DNA of 64,000 nt from the NCBI GenBank assembly GCA_965242525.1, contig OZ251459.1, forward strand, positions 3,936,001 through 4,000,000, written 5' to 3'. The notes beneath the pieces were generated by a model that was given only the letters and a program-made list of their open reading frames with translations, did not search any database and had not been told where the DNA came from. The position numbers and the translations under genes were made by a program. Positions 48,273 to 58,931 of this stretch are shown here, one piece after another (position 1 is the stretch's first letter; each line of letters opens with the position of its first letter). Origin of the DNA: an uncultured Candidatus Binatia bacterium. GTDB lineage: Bacteria; Desulfobacterota; Binatia; UBA9968; JAJDTQ01.

Positions 48273-49823
48273 ATGCGCGTGGTGACCGCAGCCGAGATGC
48301 GCCGCCTGGACCATCTCGCCATCCACGCCCACGGCGTCCCCGGCCTGGAGCTGATGGAGCGGGCGGGGGAGCGCGTGGCCGAGGCCATCGCCGACCGCTG
48401 GGCCCGTCCGGCCCGGCGCGGAGTGCTGGTGGCGGCCGGCAAGGGCAACAACGGCGGGGACGGGTTGGTGGCCGCCCGGCTGCTGAGGGAGCGGGAGTTC
48501 CCGTGCGAGGTGGCGTGCACGGCGCGGGCGGAAGATCTGTCGCCGGACGCCGCCGCCAACCTGGAGCGCTACCGCGCCGCGGGCGGACGGTTCACGGAAG
48601 TCCCCGCGGGCGACCTCGACCCCCTGCGCCAAGGCGTCCGGGGCAAGGGGCTGCTGGTGGACGCGCTCCTGGGCACGGGGCTGCGGAGTCCGGTGGAAGG
48701 GTTCCTCGCCGAGGTGGTGGAGTTCCTCAACGCCTCGGGCCTTCCCATCGTCGCGGTGGATACGCCGTCGGGGCTGGATTCCGACACGGGGGCGCCGCTG
48801 GGCGCCGCGGTCCGGGCCGAGGCCACGGTGACCTTCGGGTTCCCCAAGGCCGGGCAGGTGGTCTATCCCGGCGCGGCCTACACCGGCGAGCTGGTGGTGG
48901 CCGACATCGGCATCCCCGAGGAGGCCGCGGCCGAGGTCGCGCCCGCGGCGGAGCTGCTGGAGCCTTCGTCGGTCCGGCGGCTGTTGCCGCGCAGGGCGGA
49001 CGACTCGCACAAGGGCAGCTACGGCCACCTGCTGGTGATGGCGGGGTCGAGGGGCAAGACCGGGGCCGCGGTCCTGGCCTGCCGCGCCGCCATGAGGGTG
49101 GGCGCGGGACTGGTGACGCTGGCGGCCCCCCGGGGCCTCCACGAGGTGCTGGCGGGCGCGCTGGTGGAGTCCATGACCGAGACCCTGGGGCCTCCCGGCG
49201 CGGACGAATGGCCGCGGCTGGACGAGGCCGACTGGGAGCGCTTGACGGAACGCAAGACCGCGGTGCTGTTCGGCCCCGGCGTGGGCGTGCACGCCCCGGC
49301 CCAGGCCGTGCTGGAATGGCTGTTGGAGCGTTGCGGCATGCCGTGGCTGGTGGACGCGGACGGGCTCAACAACCTGGCCGCGGACCCGGGCCGGCTCCGG
49401 CGCGCGCGGACCGCGCCGGTGCTGACGCCGCACCCGGGGGAGATGGGCCGCCTTGCCGGCAGGGAGACGGCCGCGGTCAACCGCGACCGCATCGGCGCCG
49501 CCCGGGCCTTTGCCGAGGCGCACCGGTGCCACCTGGTCCTCAAGGGCGCGCGGACCGTGACGGCCACCCCGGAAGGGCGGGTCTCGGTCAACCCCACCGG
49601 CAATCCCGGCATGGCCACCGGGGGCATGGGAGACGTGCTCGCCGGCGTGGTGGCCGGGTTCCTGGCTCAGGGACTGCCGCCCGGGGACGCGGCGCGCCTG
49701 GGCGTGTTCCTGCACGGCTTGGCCGGGGACCGGGCCGCGGACCGCCTGGGCCGCGTGGGACTCATCGCCTCGGACGTGGTGGACGAGCTGCCCCGGGCCC
49801 TCGGGGAGGTCATGGGGAATTGA
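48273..49823 (+). CDS. nnr: Bifunctional NAD(P)H-hydrate epimerase/dehydratase
   Basis: GKGNNGGDG, VDALLGTG, HKGSYG, LTPHPGE, ATGGMGDVLAG. Confidence 0.95.
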   Translation: MRVVTAAEMRRLDHLAIHAHGVPGLELMERAGERVAEAIADRWARPARRGVLVAAGKGNNGGDGLVAARLLREREFPCEVACTARAEDLSPDAAANLERYRAAGGRFTEVPAGDLDPLRQGVRGKGLLVDALLGTGLRSPVEGFLAEVVEFLNASGLPIVAVDTPSGLDSDTGAPLGAAVRAEATVTFGFPKAGQVVYPGAAYTGELVVADIGIPEEAAAEVAPAAELLEPSSVRRLLPRRADDSHKGSYGHLLVMAGSRGKTGAAVLACRAAMRVGAGLVTLAAPRGLHEVLAGALVESMTETLGPPGADEWPRLDEADWERLTERKTAVLFGPGVGVHAPAQAVLEWLLERCGMPWLVDADGLNNLAADPGRLRRARTAPVLTPHPGEMGRLAGRETAAVNRDRIGAARAFAEAHRCHLVLKGARTVTATPEGRVSVNPTGNPGMATGGMGDVLAGVVAGFLAQGLPPGDAARLGVFLHGLAGDRAADRLGRVGLIASDVVDELPRALGEVMGN

Positions 49824-50317
49824 GCGCCGTCGAATACGATACCGTCACCGGCTCCCCCGGGCACACCCGCGCCCTGGGGCGCAGGCTGGGCCGCCTGCTG
49901 GGCGGCGGGGAGATCCTGGGCCTGTCCGGGGACCTCGGCAGCGGCAAGACCTGCTTCGTGCACGGGTTGGCCGAGGGGCTGGAGGTGGGCGGGGACAGTT
50001 GGGTGCGGAGCCCCACCTTCACACTCGTCAACGAGTACGAGGGCCGGCTGCCCCTGGTCCACGTGGACCTGTTCCGGGTGGCCCCGGGACCCGAGATGGA
50101 GGACCTGCACCTGGAGGAATACTTCTCGTCCGGGAGCGTGTGCGTGGTGGAGTGGTTCGAGCGCCTGGACGCGGTCCGGGTGGAAGAGTTCCTGGGCGTG
50201 GACTTCCGCTACGTGGACGAGGAGCGGCGGGCGCTGCGCTTCATGGCCCGGGGGCGGCGTTACGAGGAGATCGTCGCCGGACTGCGCGGAGGCGGCGAGC
50301 CGGGCGGGGAGGCGTGA
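49820..50317 (+). CDS. tsaE: tRNA threonylcarbamoyladenosine biosynthesis ATPase
   Basis: GDLGSGKT, SPTFTL, HVDLFR, VVEW. Confidence 0.93.
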   Translation: MSAVEYDTVTGSPGHTRALGRRLGRLLGGGEILGLSGDLGSGKTCFVHGLAEGLEVGGDSWVRSPTFTLVNEYEGRLPLVHVDLFRVAPGPEMEDLHLEEYFSSGSVCVVEWFERLDAVRVEEFLGVDFRYVDEERRALRFMARGRRYEEIVAGLRGGGEPGGEA

Positions 50318-50326
50318 GGTCGAGGC

Positions 50327-51541
50327 ATGGCGCTGATCGTGCAGAAATACGGCGGCACGTCCGTGGGGATGGTGGAGCGCATCCGCAACGTGGCCCGGCG
50401 CGTGGCCGCGGCCCGCGCCCGGGGGAACGACGTGGTGGTGGTGGTGTCGGCCATGTCCGGCGAGACCAACCGGCTGCTGAACCTGGCCAACCAGGTGTCG
50501 TCCCGCGTGGACGAGAGGGAGATCGACGTGCTGCTGGCCTCGGGGGAGCAGGTCTCCTGCGCCTTGCTGGCCCTTGCCCTGAAGGATCTGGGGCAACCCG
50601 CGCGCTCCTTCCTCGGCCACCAGGTCCGCATCGCCACGGACAGCGTGTTCGGCAGGGCGCGGATCAAGAGCATCGACTCCACCCGGGTGCGGGAATCGCT
50701 GGAACGGGACGAGGTGGTGGTGGTGGCGGGCTTCCAGGGAGTCGATGAAGGCGACAACATCACCACCCTGGGGCGCGGCGGGTCGGACACCAGCGCGGTG
50801 GCCATGGCCGCGGCCCTGGACGCCCGGGTGTGCGAGATCTACACGGACGTGGACGGCATCTACACGGCCGACCCCTTCGTCTGTCCCAGGGCGCGGAAGC
50901 TGGACCGGGTCGCCTACGACGAAATGCTGGAGATGGCCAGCCTGGGGGCCCGGGTGCTGCAAATCCGGTCGGTGGAGCTGGCCAAGAAGTTCGGCGTCAG
51001 GGTGCACCTGCGGTCCAGCTTCAGCGACGCCGAGGGCACGTGGCTGGTCGAAGAGGAGCAACTGATGGATTCGGTTCTGGTGTCCGCGGTGACCTGCGAC
51101 AAGGACGAAGCCAAGATCACCATCCGCGGCGTGCCCGACCGGGCCGGGCTGGCGGCGCAGATCTTCGGCCCCATCGCCGAGGCCAACATCGTGGTGGACA
51201 TGATCATCCAGAACTCCGGCGCGGACGGCACCACCGACGTCACCTTCACGGTGCCCAAGGGGGACCACCGGAAGGCCATGGAACTGATTGAAAAAACCGC
51301 GCCCTTGATTCAAGCTGGAGGGGTCTCCTCCGACACCCGCATCGCCAAGGTGTCGGTGGTGGGCGTGGGCGTGAGGACGCACGCGGGCGTGGCGGCGAAG
51401 ATGTTCCGGGCCTTGGCGGAGCAGTCCATCAACATCGAGATGATCTCCACGTCGGAGATCAAGGTGTCGGTGGTGGTGGCCGAGAAGGACAGCCAGAGGG
51501 CGGTGGATTCGCTGCACGCGAGCTTGATCGAAAGCAGGTGA
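50327..51541 (+). CDS. lysC: Aspartate kinase
   Basis: VQKYGGTSV, TTLGRGGSD, ISTSEIK; two ACT domains. Confidence 0.96.
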   Translation: MALIVQKYGGTSVGMVERIRNVARRVAAARARGNDVVVVVSAMSGETNRLLNLANQVSSRVDEREIDVLLASGEQVSCALLALALKDLGQPARSFLGHQVRIATDSVFGRARIKSIDSTRVRESLERDEVVVVAGFQGVDEGDNITTLGRGGSDTSAVAMAAALDARVCEIYTDVDGIYTADPFVCPRARKLDRVAYDEMLEMASLGARVLQIRSVELAKKFGVRVHLRSSFSDAEGTWLVEEEQLMDSVLVSAVTCDKDEAKITIRGVPDRAGLAAQIFGPIAEANIVVDMIIQNSGADGTTDVTFTVPKGDHRKAMELIEKTAPLIQAGGVSSDTRIAKVSVVGVGVRTHAGVAAKMFRALAEQSINIEMISTSEIKVSVVVAEKDSQRAVDSLHASLIESR

Positions 51542-51545
51542 GGGC

Positions 51546-53150
51546 ATGGTGAGTCTGTCTCTGTACGATACGACCTTGCGGGACGGGTGCCAGGGCGAGG
51601 ACGTCTCCTTCAGCCTCGAGGACAAGCTGCGCATCGCCGAGAAGCTGGCGGAGTTGGGCATCCACTACGTCGAAGGCGGCTATCCCGGGTCCAATCCCCG
51701 GGACGCCGAGTTCTTCAAGGACGTGCGCAAGCTGGACCTCAGGAAGACCCGGGTGGCGGCCTTCGGGACCACCCGGAGGCCGTCGGTGAAGCCGTCCCAG
51801 GACGCCAACCTGAAGCTGCTGCTGGCCGCGGAAACGCCGGTGGTGACGCTGGTGGGCAAGACCTGGGACCTCCACGTCCGGGACGACCTGCGCATCAGCC
51901 GCAAGGCCAACCTGGAAGTGATCGAGGACTCCGTGGCCTACGTGAAGACCCGGGTGGACGAGGTGATCTTCGACGCAGAGCACTTCTTCGACGGGTGCCG
52001 CAGCAACCCGGAGTACGCGCTGGACTGCCTCAGGGCCGCGGAGGCCGGCGGCGCCGACTGGATCGTCCTCTGCGACACCAACGGCGGCGGCATGCCGTCC
52101 GACATCGGTGCCGCGGCGGCCCGGGCCAAGGCGGAGGTGAAGACGCCCCTGGGGGTCCATTGCCACAACGACTGCGAACTGGCGGTGGCCAACACCATGG
52201 CCGCGGTGGAGAACGGCGTCCGGCAGGTCCAGGGCACCATCAACGGCTTCGGCGAGCGTTGCGGCAACCTGAACCTGTGCTCGGTGCTGCCCAACCTCCA
52301 GTTGAAGCAGGGCTACAAGTGCGTCCGGCCGGCCCAGTTGCGCAAGCTGCGGGAGATCTCGCACCTGTTCTACGAGCTGGCCAACGTGGTGCCCAACAAG
52401 CGGCAGCCCTACGTGGGGGACAGCGCCTTCGCCCACAAGGGCGGCCTCCACGTATCGGGCATCATCAAGAACCGGGAGACCTACGAGCACATCGAGCCGG
52501 AGTTGGTGGGCAGCCGCCAGCGGGTGCTGGTGTCGGACCTCTCGGGCCGCAGCAACATCGTTTACAAGGCCCGGGAGTACGACATCGACCTGAACGGCCA
52601 GGACCAGGCGGTGCACCAGATCCTCAAGCGGATCAAGGAACTGGAGAGCCGGGGCTACGAGTTCGAGGCCGCGGAAGCCTCCTTCGAGCTGCTGATCCAG
52701 GAGGCCCTGGGCAGGAAGAAGCACAACTTCCGGCTCGACGGGTACCGGGTCATCGACGAGAAGCGGGTGGAGACCGAGCCGCCCCTCGCGGAGGCCACCG
52801 TGCGGGTGGAGGTGGGCGGCGTGATGGAGCACGCCGCGGCCCTGGGCAGCGGCCCGGTCCACGCGCTGGACCAGGCCTTGCGCAAGGCCCTCACCGGGTT
52901 CTACCCGTCCCTCGACGAAGTGGAGTTGCTGGACTACAAGGTCCGGGTGCTGTCATCGGGAGAGGGCACCGGGGCCGCGGTCCGGGTGCTCATCGAATCG
53001 GGGGACGGCCGGAGCCAGTGGGGCACGGTGGGGGTGTCGCAGAACGTCATCGAGGCGAGCTGGCAGGCGCTGGTGGACGGCATCGACTACAAGCTCTACA
53101 AGGACCGCAAGAGGAAGGGGCCGAAGGGCCGCGCCGCGGCCGCGTCCTGA
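51546..53150 (+). CDS. cimA: Citramalate synthase
   Basis: [43 protein letters not shown]. Confidence 0.9.
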   Translation: MVSLSLYDTTLRDGCQGEDVSFSLEDKLRIAEKLAELGIHYVEGGYPGSNPRDAEFFKDVRKLDLRKTRVAAFGTTRRPSVKPSQDANLKLLLAAETPVVTLVGKTWDLHVRDDLRISRKANLEVIEDSVAYVKTRVDEVIFDAEHFFDGCRSNPEYALDCLRAAEAGGADWIVLCDTNGGGMPSDIGAAAARAKAEVKTPLGVHCHNDCELAVANTMAAVENGVRQVQGTINGFGERCGNLNLCSVLPNLQLKQGYKCVRPAQLRKLREISHLFYELANVVPNKRQPYVGDSAFAHKGGLHVSGIIKNRETYEHIEPELVGSRQRVLVSDLSGRSNIVYKAREYDIDLNGQDQAVHQILKRIKELESRGYEFEAAEASFELLIQEALGRKKHNFRLDGYRVIDEKRVETEPPLAEATVRVEVGGVMEHAAALGSGPVHALDQALRKALTGFYPSLDEVELLDYKVRVLSSGEGTGAAVRVLIESGDGRSQWGTVGVSQNVIEASWQALVDGIDYKLYKDRKRKGPKGRAAAAS

Positions 53151-53194
53151 CCCGGACGCGCCGGTGTGGTCCGCGGGCGCCGGTGGCCGTTCGC

Positions 53195-53923
53195 ATGTGG
53201 AGCATCCTGAAAGAGGACGTCCGGATCGCGTTCCAGCGGGACCCCGCGGCGCGGAACCTGTTCGAGGTGGTGGTGGGCTATCCGGGCGTGCACGCCCTGG
53301 TCTTCCACCGCTTCGCCCACCGGCTGTGGCGCCGGGGGTGGAAGAACCTGGCGCGTTTCGTGAGCCACGCGAGCCGTTTCCTCACCGGCGTCGAGATCCA
53401 TCCGGGGGCCGCGGTGGGGAGGCGGTTCTTCATCGACCACGGCATGGGCGTGGTCATCGGCGAGACCTCGCAGATCGGCGACGACGTGACCCTGTACCAG
53501 GGCGTGACCCTGGGCGGCGCCAGCCTGCGCAAGGAGAAACGCCACCCCACGGTGGAGGACTGCGTCATCATCGGCGCCGGCGCCACGGTCCTGGGCCCGG
53601 TGGTGGTGGGCCGGAACAGCAAGATCGGTTCGGGGTCGGTGGTGGTCAAGGACGTGCCGGCCAACTCCACGGTGGTGGGCGTGCCGGGGAAGGTGGTGGA
53701 AGGGGATGGCGTGCGCCGGGACCCGGTCCAGCAGCGGATCGCCCTGGACCACGACCGGCTGCCGGACCCCATGGCCAAGTCCCTGGGCCACTTGGCGGAG
53801 TACGTCCAGAGGCTGGAGCAGCGGGTGGAAGAGCTGGAAGCCCGGCAGGGAGACGCCGAGGAGCAGCGCCGGGAAGGGACGGAGCCCGCCCGCGGGTACG
53901 GGGACTGGCAGAGGAAGCTCTGA
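53195..53923 (+). CDS. cysE: Serine O-acetyltransferase
   Basis: [36 protein letters not shown]. Confidence 0.95.
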   Translation: MWSILKEDVRIAFQRDPAARNLFEVVVGYPGVHALVFHRFAHRLWRRGWKNLARFVSHASRFLTGVEIHPGAAVGRRFFIDHGMGVVIGETSQIGDDVTLYQGVTLGGASLRKEKRHPTVEDCVIIGAGATVLGPVVVGRNSKIGSGSVVVKDVPANSTVVGVPGKVVEGDGVRRDPVQQRIALDHDRLPDPMAKSLGHLAEYVQRLEQRVEELEARQGDAEEQRREGTEPARGYGDWQRKL

Positions 53924-54023
53924 AGATCGTCCCCGTTCGTCCTGAGCGTAGCGAAGCGAAGTCGAAGGACGCGCTTTCCCCACGGGGGAGAGGGAGTTCG
54001 CGTCGGAATCGTCCGGGGGTTCC
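53913..54023 (+). mobile_element. Degenerate MITE-like copy (subfamily B) overlapping the cysE stop
   Basis: GGAAGCTCTGAAGATCG...REP...GTCGGAATCGTCCGGGGGTTCC; flanks CAGA/CGGA. Confidence 0.7.
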
Positions 54024-54041
54024 CGGACTTGGCTGGGAACG

Positions 54042-55118
54042 GTGGGAGCATCTGCGGAAAAGAAGGTGGCGGTGGCCATGAGCGGGGGGGTGGATAGTTC
54101 CGTGGCCGCGGGGCTGCTGGTGGAGCAGGGGTACGAGGTGGCGGGGGTGTCGCTGCGGCTGTGGGAGGGGCGGGACCCGGGGCCGCGCAACTGTTCGGAC
54201 CACCGGGGAGCCGCGGAGGCCGCGGCGGTGCTGGGCATCCCCCACACGGTGCTGGACCGGCGCAGCGACTTCCGCGCGCAGGTGGTGGAGCCTTTCGCCC
54301 GGAGCTACCTGGACGGGCGGACCCCCAACCCCTGCGTCGCTTGCAACCGCGGGTTCAAGATCGAGGAGCTGCTGGCCTGGGCCGAGGCGAGGGGGATCCC
54401 CCGGGTGGCCACGGGCCACTACGCACGGGTGGAGCGGCGGTGCGGGAGCGCCTCGCTGCTGCGCGGCGCGGACCCCGGCAAGGACCAGTCCTACTTCCTC
54501 TTCGGGCTTTCCCGGAGACAGCTCGAGCGCACCCTGTTCCCGCTGGGGGAGTTCCACAAGGAGGAGGTGCGCGCCAAGGCCCGGGAGATGGGGTTGCCCG
54601 CGGCCGACCGGCCGGAGAGCCAGGACATCTGCCTGGGGGACCATCGCGCGGTGGTGGAGTCCCTGGCGGGAGCGGACCGGCCCGGTCCCGGGGAGATCGT
54701 GGACGGCCGGGGCAACGTCCTGGGGCGCCACGACGGGGTGCACCGGTTCACCGTGGGGCAGAGGAGGGGGCTGGGCCTTGCGGCGCCGCAGCCGTTGTAC
54801 GTGCTGCGCATCGACGCGGCCCGGAGACGGGTGGTGGTGGGGCGGCGCGAAGAGCTGCGCACCTCGGCCTTTGCCGCGGGGCGCGTCAACTGGCTGGCGC
54901 CGCCCCTGCGCGGGGAGGCCGCGGCCGAGGTCCAGGTGCGGTACCGCTCCCGGCCGGCGCCCTGCACCCTGACGCCCGTGGAAGGACACGGGGTCGAGGT
55001 CCGCCCGGACGAGCCGCTGCCGTCGGTGGCCCCCGGACAGGCCGCGGTCTTCTACCGCGGCGAGCGGGTCCTGGGCGGCGGCTGGATCGAACGGGCGCCG
55101 GCCCCGCCGGGGTCTTGA
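54042..55118 (+). CDS. mnmA: tRNA 2-thiouridylase
   Basis: [45 protein letters not shown]. Confidence 0.96.
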   Translation: MGASAEKKVAVAMSGGVDSSVAAGLLVEQGYEVAGVSLRLWEGRDPGPRNCSDHRGAAEAAAVLGIPHTVLDRRSDFRAQVVEPFARSYLDGRTPNPCVACNRGFKIEELLAWAEARGIPRVATGHYARVERRCGSASLLRGADPGKDQSYFLFGLSRRQLERTLFPLGEFHKEEVRAKAREMGLPAADRPESQDICLGDHRAVVESLAGADRPGPGEIVDGRGNVLGRHDGVHRFTVGQRRGLGLAAPQPLYVLRIDAARRRVVVGRREELRTSAFAAGRVNWLAPPLRGEAAAEVQVRYRSRPAPCTLTPVEGHGVEVRPDEPLPSVAPGQAAVFYRGERVLGGGWIERAPAPPGS

Positions 55119-55148
55119 ACCACGGGAACCTGCCCGCACGGAACGGCC

Positions 55149-56453
55149 ATGCGCGTCGCCATCAAGACACTGGGGTGCAAGATCAACCAGTACGACTCCG
55201 CGGTGATCCGGGAGCGTCTGGCCCGGGAGTCCTGCTCCTTCGTCCCCTTCGACGAACCGGCCGACGTCTACGTCGTCAATACCTGCACGGTGACCGACCG
55301 GGCGGACTGGGAGGCGCGCCAGCTCGTGCGCAGGGCCAGGAGACGGAGCCCCGGGGCGCGGGTGGCGCTGACCGGCTGCTACGCGCAGGTGAGCCCCGAG
55401 GAGGCCGCGGCCCTGCCGGGGGTCGATTTCGTGGCGGGCCTGAACCGCGTGGACGAGCTGGCGCGTTACGTCCGGGAGGGGGTCCCGGGGGCCGGGACCG
55501 CGGTCTCCGTGGGCGACCCCAGGGACGAACGCGGCGTCCGCGTGCTGGGCGCCCGGCGCTTCCCCGGCCGCGCCCGGGCCTTCCTCAAGGTGCAGGAAGG
55601 GTGCAACTTCGCGTGCAGCTACTGCATCATCCCCACGGCCCGGGGGCGCAGCCGCAGCGTGCCGCCGGAGCAGGTCCTCGAACAGGTGCGCGGGCTCGCG
55701 GAGGCGGGCTTTGCGGAGGTGGTGCTCACCGGCATCCACCTGGGAGGGTACGGTCACGACTTGGCCCCGCGGGTCTCCCTGGGCCGGCTGGTGCGGCGCA
55801 TTGCCGGGAGCGGGTTGGTCCCGCGGCTGCGCCTGAGCTCTCTGGACCCGCGGGAGGTGACCGACGAACTGTTGGCGGTGATGGCGGACTCGGAGGCGGT
55901 CTGCCCGCACCTGCACGTGTGCGTGCAGGCCGGGGATGACGGGGTGCTCAAGAGGATGCGGCGCAACTACGACACCGCCTACTTCGCCCGGTTGATGGAG
56001 CGGGCCAGGAGGAAGCTGCCCGCCGCGGCCCTGGGGACCGACGTCATCGTGGGGTTCCCGGGAGAGACCGGCGCCGCCTTCGAGGCGTCGCTGGACTTCC
56101 TCGCCGGCCAGCCGTTGACCTACTTCCACGTGTTCCCCTACTCGGCCCGCCGGGGCACTCCCGCGGCGGGGTTGCCGGACCGGACGCCGCCGGCCGAGAG
56201 GAAGGAGCGCTCGCGCCGGGCCCGGGACCTCGGCGCGAGCAAGAAGCGCGAGTTCTACCGGAGCCAGGTGGGAAGCCGGGCGTCGGTGCTGGTGGAGGGA
56301 GAGGCCGCGGGCGAGCCGGGTTGGCTCAAGGGCTACAGCCGCAACTACCTGCCCGTGACCCTCGCCGGTCCCCCGGACCTCGTGCGCCGGGAGGTCCCGG
56401 TGACGCTCCGGCGGTGGTCCGGCGGACGCCTTTGGGGAGAAGGGGCCCACTGA
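55149..56453 (+). CDS. mtaB: tRNA t6A methylthiotransferase
   Basis: TLGCKINQYDS, NTCTVT, KVQEGCNFACSYC, HVFPYSARRGT. Confidence 0.93.
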   Translation: MRVAIKTLGCKINQYDSAVIRERLARESCSFVPFDEPADVYVVNTCTVTDRADWEARQLVRRARRRSPGARVALTGCYAQVSPEEAAALPGVDFVAGLNRVDELARYVREGVPGAGTAVSVGDPRDERGVRVLGARRFPGRARAFLKVQEGCNFACSYCIIPTARGRSRSVPPEQVLEQVRGLAEAGFAEVVLTGIHLGGYGHDLAPRVSLGRLVRRIAGSGLVPRLRLSSLDPREVTDELLAVMADSEAVCPHLHVCVQAGDDGVLKRMRRNYDTAYFARLMERARRKLPAAALGTDVIVGFPGETGAAFEASLDFLAGQPLTYFHVFPYSARRGTPAAGLPDRTPPAERKERSRRARDLGASKKREFYRSQVGSRASVLVEGEAAGEPGWLKGYSRNYLPVTLAGPPDLVRREVPVTLRRWSGGRLWGEGAH

Positions 56454-57139
56454 TGGCGGAGGACGCGGAGCTGGAGCGGTTCCAGGAGGCCCTGGGTTAC
56501 CGCTTCCGGGACCCGGTCCTGCTGCGCCGCTGCCTGACCCACGTCTCCTGCGGCGGCGGCGCGGACGCGCACAACGAGACCCTGGAGTTCCTCGGCGACG
56601 CGGTGCTGGGCCTGGCCGTCGGCGACCTGCTCATGCGGCGGTTCCCCCAAGGGAGCGAGGGAGACCTCTCCCGGATGCGCGCGTCGCTGGTGAACCGCAA
56701 GAGGCTGGCGGACGAGGCGCGCCGGTTGCGCGTCGGAGCGGTGCTGCGCCTGGGCAAGGGCGAAGAGCGTAGCGGAGGCAGGCGCAAGGACTCCATCCTC
56801 GCCGCGTCCTTCGAGGCGGTGCTCGGCGGCATCTACCGGGAGGGGGGTTACGAAGTCGTGCGCCCGGTGGTGGAGGGCTGCTTCGCCGCGGACCTGGAGC
56901 ACGCGGGACTGGGGCTGGACGACTACAAGACCCGTCTCCAGGAAGTCAGCCAGCGCCTCTACCGCGTCCTCCCCGCTTACCGGCTGGTGCGGCAGACCGG
57001 TCCGAGCCACGACAAGTGCTTCGAGACGGAGATCCGGGTCGGGAGCCGTCTGGTGGGCCAGGGAGCGGGTCGGAGCAAGAAGCAGTCCGAGCAGGAAGCG
57101 GCGCGGCGGGCCCTGGACGCGCTGGAAGCGCCCCGGTAG
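56453..57139 (+). CDS. rnc: Ribonuclease III
   Basis: NETLEFLGDAVL, DYKTRLQE, GRSKKQSEQEAA. Confidence 0.95.
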   Translation: MAEDAELERFQEALGYRFRDPVLLRRCLTHVSCGGGADAHNETLEFLGDAVLGLAVGDLLMRRFPQGSEGDLSRMRASLVNRKRLADEARRLRVGAVLRLGKGEERSGGRRKDSILAASFEAVLGGIYREGGYEVVRPVVEGCFAADLEHAGLGLDDYKTRLQEVSQRLYRVLPAYRLVRQTGPSHDKCFETEIRVGSRLVGQGAGRSKKQSEQEAARRALDALEAPR

Positions 57140-57166
57140 GCCGCACGCCCTCCCGCCGTCATCCAT

Positions 57167-58231
57167 ATGGCGAAGCTCACCTACAAGGACGCGGGGGTGG
57201 ACGTGGAGCGGGCCAGCCGGCTGGTTCGCTCGGTCGCCGCGCTGGCCCGCAAGACCGCGGGGCCCGGAGTCCTGGGGGGCGTCGGCGGGTTCGGCGGACT
57301 CTTCGACTTGGCCCGCGTCCGCGGCCGGCGGCCCGTGCTGGTGTCGTCCGCGGACGGGGTGGGCACCAAGCTCAAGGTGGCCTTCCTGGCCGGCCGCCAC
57401 GACACCGTGGGCATCGACCTGGTGGCCATGGGGGTCAACGACGTCGCCGCCTGTGCGGCCCGGCCGCTGTTCTTCCTCGACTATTTCGCCTCCGGCAAGC
57501 TGGAGCCGGCCACTTTCCGGGAGGTGGTGGGCGGGATTGCGGAAGGCTGTCGTCTGGCGGGCTGCGCGCTCCTGGGGGGCGAGACCGCGGAGATGCCGTC
57601 CCTCTACCGGGACGGCGAGTACGACCTGGCGGGGTTCAGCGTCGGCATCGTGGAGAAGGACCGCATACCCGACCCGAGCTCGGTGCGCGCCGGGGACGCG
57701 GTGGTGGGGCTGCCGTCCAGCGGGCTGCACAGCAACGGCTACTCCCTCGCCCGGAAGGTGCTGCTCGAAAGCGCCGGTCTCAGGTTGCGGTCCCGGGTGG
57801 CGGACCTGGGCCGTCCCCTGGCGGACGAGTTGTTGCAGCCCACGCGGATCTACGCGCCGCTGATAGGCCGCTTGGCCGCCCGGCACCGCATCAAGGGCAT
57901 CGCCCACGTCACCGGCGGCGGCATGGTGGAGAACCTGCCGCGGGTGCTGCCGCCGGGCCTGCGCGCGTGGATCCGCCGGGGAAGCTGGACCGTGCCTCCG
58001 GTCTTCGGACTCATCGCCCGGCTGGGAGGGGTGCCGCAGGCGGAGATGGACCGGACCTTCAACAACGGCATCGGCATGGCGCTGGTGGTGGGACCCGAGG
58101 CGCTGGACGGGGTGGAGCGCGCCCTGCGCCGCCGCGGCGAGCCTTACGCGGTCATCGGCGAGATCCGCAAGGGCCGGCGCGGCGTCTCCTTCACCGGCCG
58201 GGGTCCCGGTGACCGGAGGGCAAACCGTTGA
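57167..58231 (+). CDS. purM: AIR synthase
   Basis: YKDAGVD, DGVGTK, GGETAEMP, SSGLHSNGYSL, HVTGGG. Confidence 0.97.
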   Translation: MAKLTYKDAGVDVERASRLVRSVAALARKTAGPGVLGGVGGFGGLFDLARVRGRRPVLVSSADGVGTKLKVAFLAGRHDTVGIDLVAMGVNDVAACAARPLFFLDYFASGKLEPATFREVVGGIAEGCRLAGCALLGGETAEMPSLYRDGEYDLAGFSVGIVEKDRIPDPSSVRAGDAVVGLPSSGLHSNGYSLARKVLLESAGLRLRSRVADLGRPLADELLQPTRIYAPLIGRLAARHRIKGIAHVTGGGMVENLPRVLPPGLRAWIRRGSWTVPPVFGLIARLGGVPQAEMDRTFNNGIGMALVVGPEALDGVERALRRRGEPYAVIGEIRKGRRGVSFTGRGPGDRRANR

Positions 58232-58256
58232 CCATCCCCCCCGCGGAGCCGTTCCC

Positions 58257-58931
58257 GTGAGCCGCAAGGTCCCCATCGGCGTGCTGCTCTCGGGCGGCGG
58301 CACCAACCTCCAGGCGATCCTCGACGCGGTCCGGCAGGAGCGCCTGGACGCCGCGGTGCGCACGGTGGTCAGCAACCGCAAGGACGCCTACGGGCTCGTG
58401 CGCGCGCGCGCCCACGGCGTCCCCGCGGCGGTCATCGACCACCGGGACTTCCCTTCCAGGGAGGACTACGACCGGGCGCTGGTGGAGCGCCTGGAGCGGG
58501 ACGGCGTGGAGCTGGTGGTGCTGGCGGGGTTCATGCGGCTGTTGTCGCCGGTCTTCCTCCGCAGCTTCCCCAACCGCGTCATGAACATCCACCCCGCCTT
58601 GTCCCCGTCCTTCGCCGGTCTCCACGGCCAGCGCCAGGCGCTGGAGTACGGCGTGCGGTTCACCGGCTGCACCGTCCACTTCGTGACCGAGGGCTGCGAC
58701 GAGGGACCCGTCATCATCCAGGCGGTGGCGCCGGTGCTGCCCGACGACACCGAGGAGACCCTGTCCCGGCGGATCCGGGTCCAGGAGCACCGGATCTATC
58801 CCCGGGCCATCCAGCTCTACTGCGAGGGAAGGCTGTCGGTGGAGGGCCGGAAGGTCCGGGTGGCCGGGGGCGGGGGAGCGGAGGCCCTGGACGGCAGCGC
58901 CCTGGCGAACCCTCCGGTCAGGGAAGGTTGA
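58257..58931 (+). CDS. purN: Phosphoribosylglycinamide formyltransferase
   Basis: SGGGTNLQA, LAGFMRLL, NIHPAL, GCTVHFV, EHRIYP. Confidence 0.96.
   Translation: MSRKVPIGVLLSGGGTNLQAILDAVRQERLDAAVRTVVSNRKDAYGLVRARAHGVPAAVIDHRDFPSREDYDRALVERLERDGVELVVLAGFMRLLSPVFLRSFPNRVMNIHPALSPSFAGLHGQRQALEYGVRFTGCTVHFVTEGCDEGPVIIQAVAPVLPDDTEETLSRRIRVQEHRIYPRAIQLYCEGRLSVEGRKVRVAGGGGAEALDGSALANPPVREG

Noticed and set aside
43388-53923. Apparent long fusions ending in FolP, PdxJ, TsaE and CysE
   Set aside because: The upstream parts are alternate-frame readings of ftsH, glmM, nnr and cimA; each true gene has its own start
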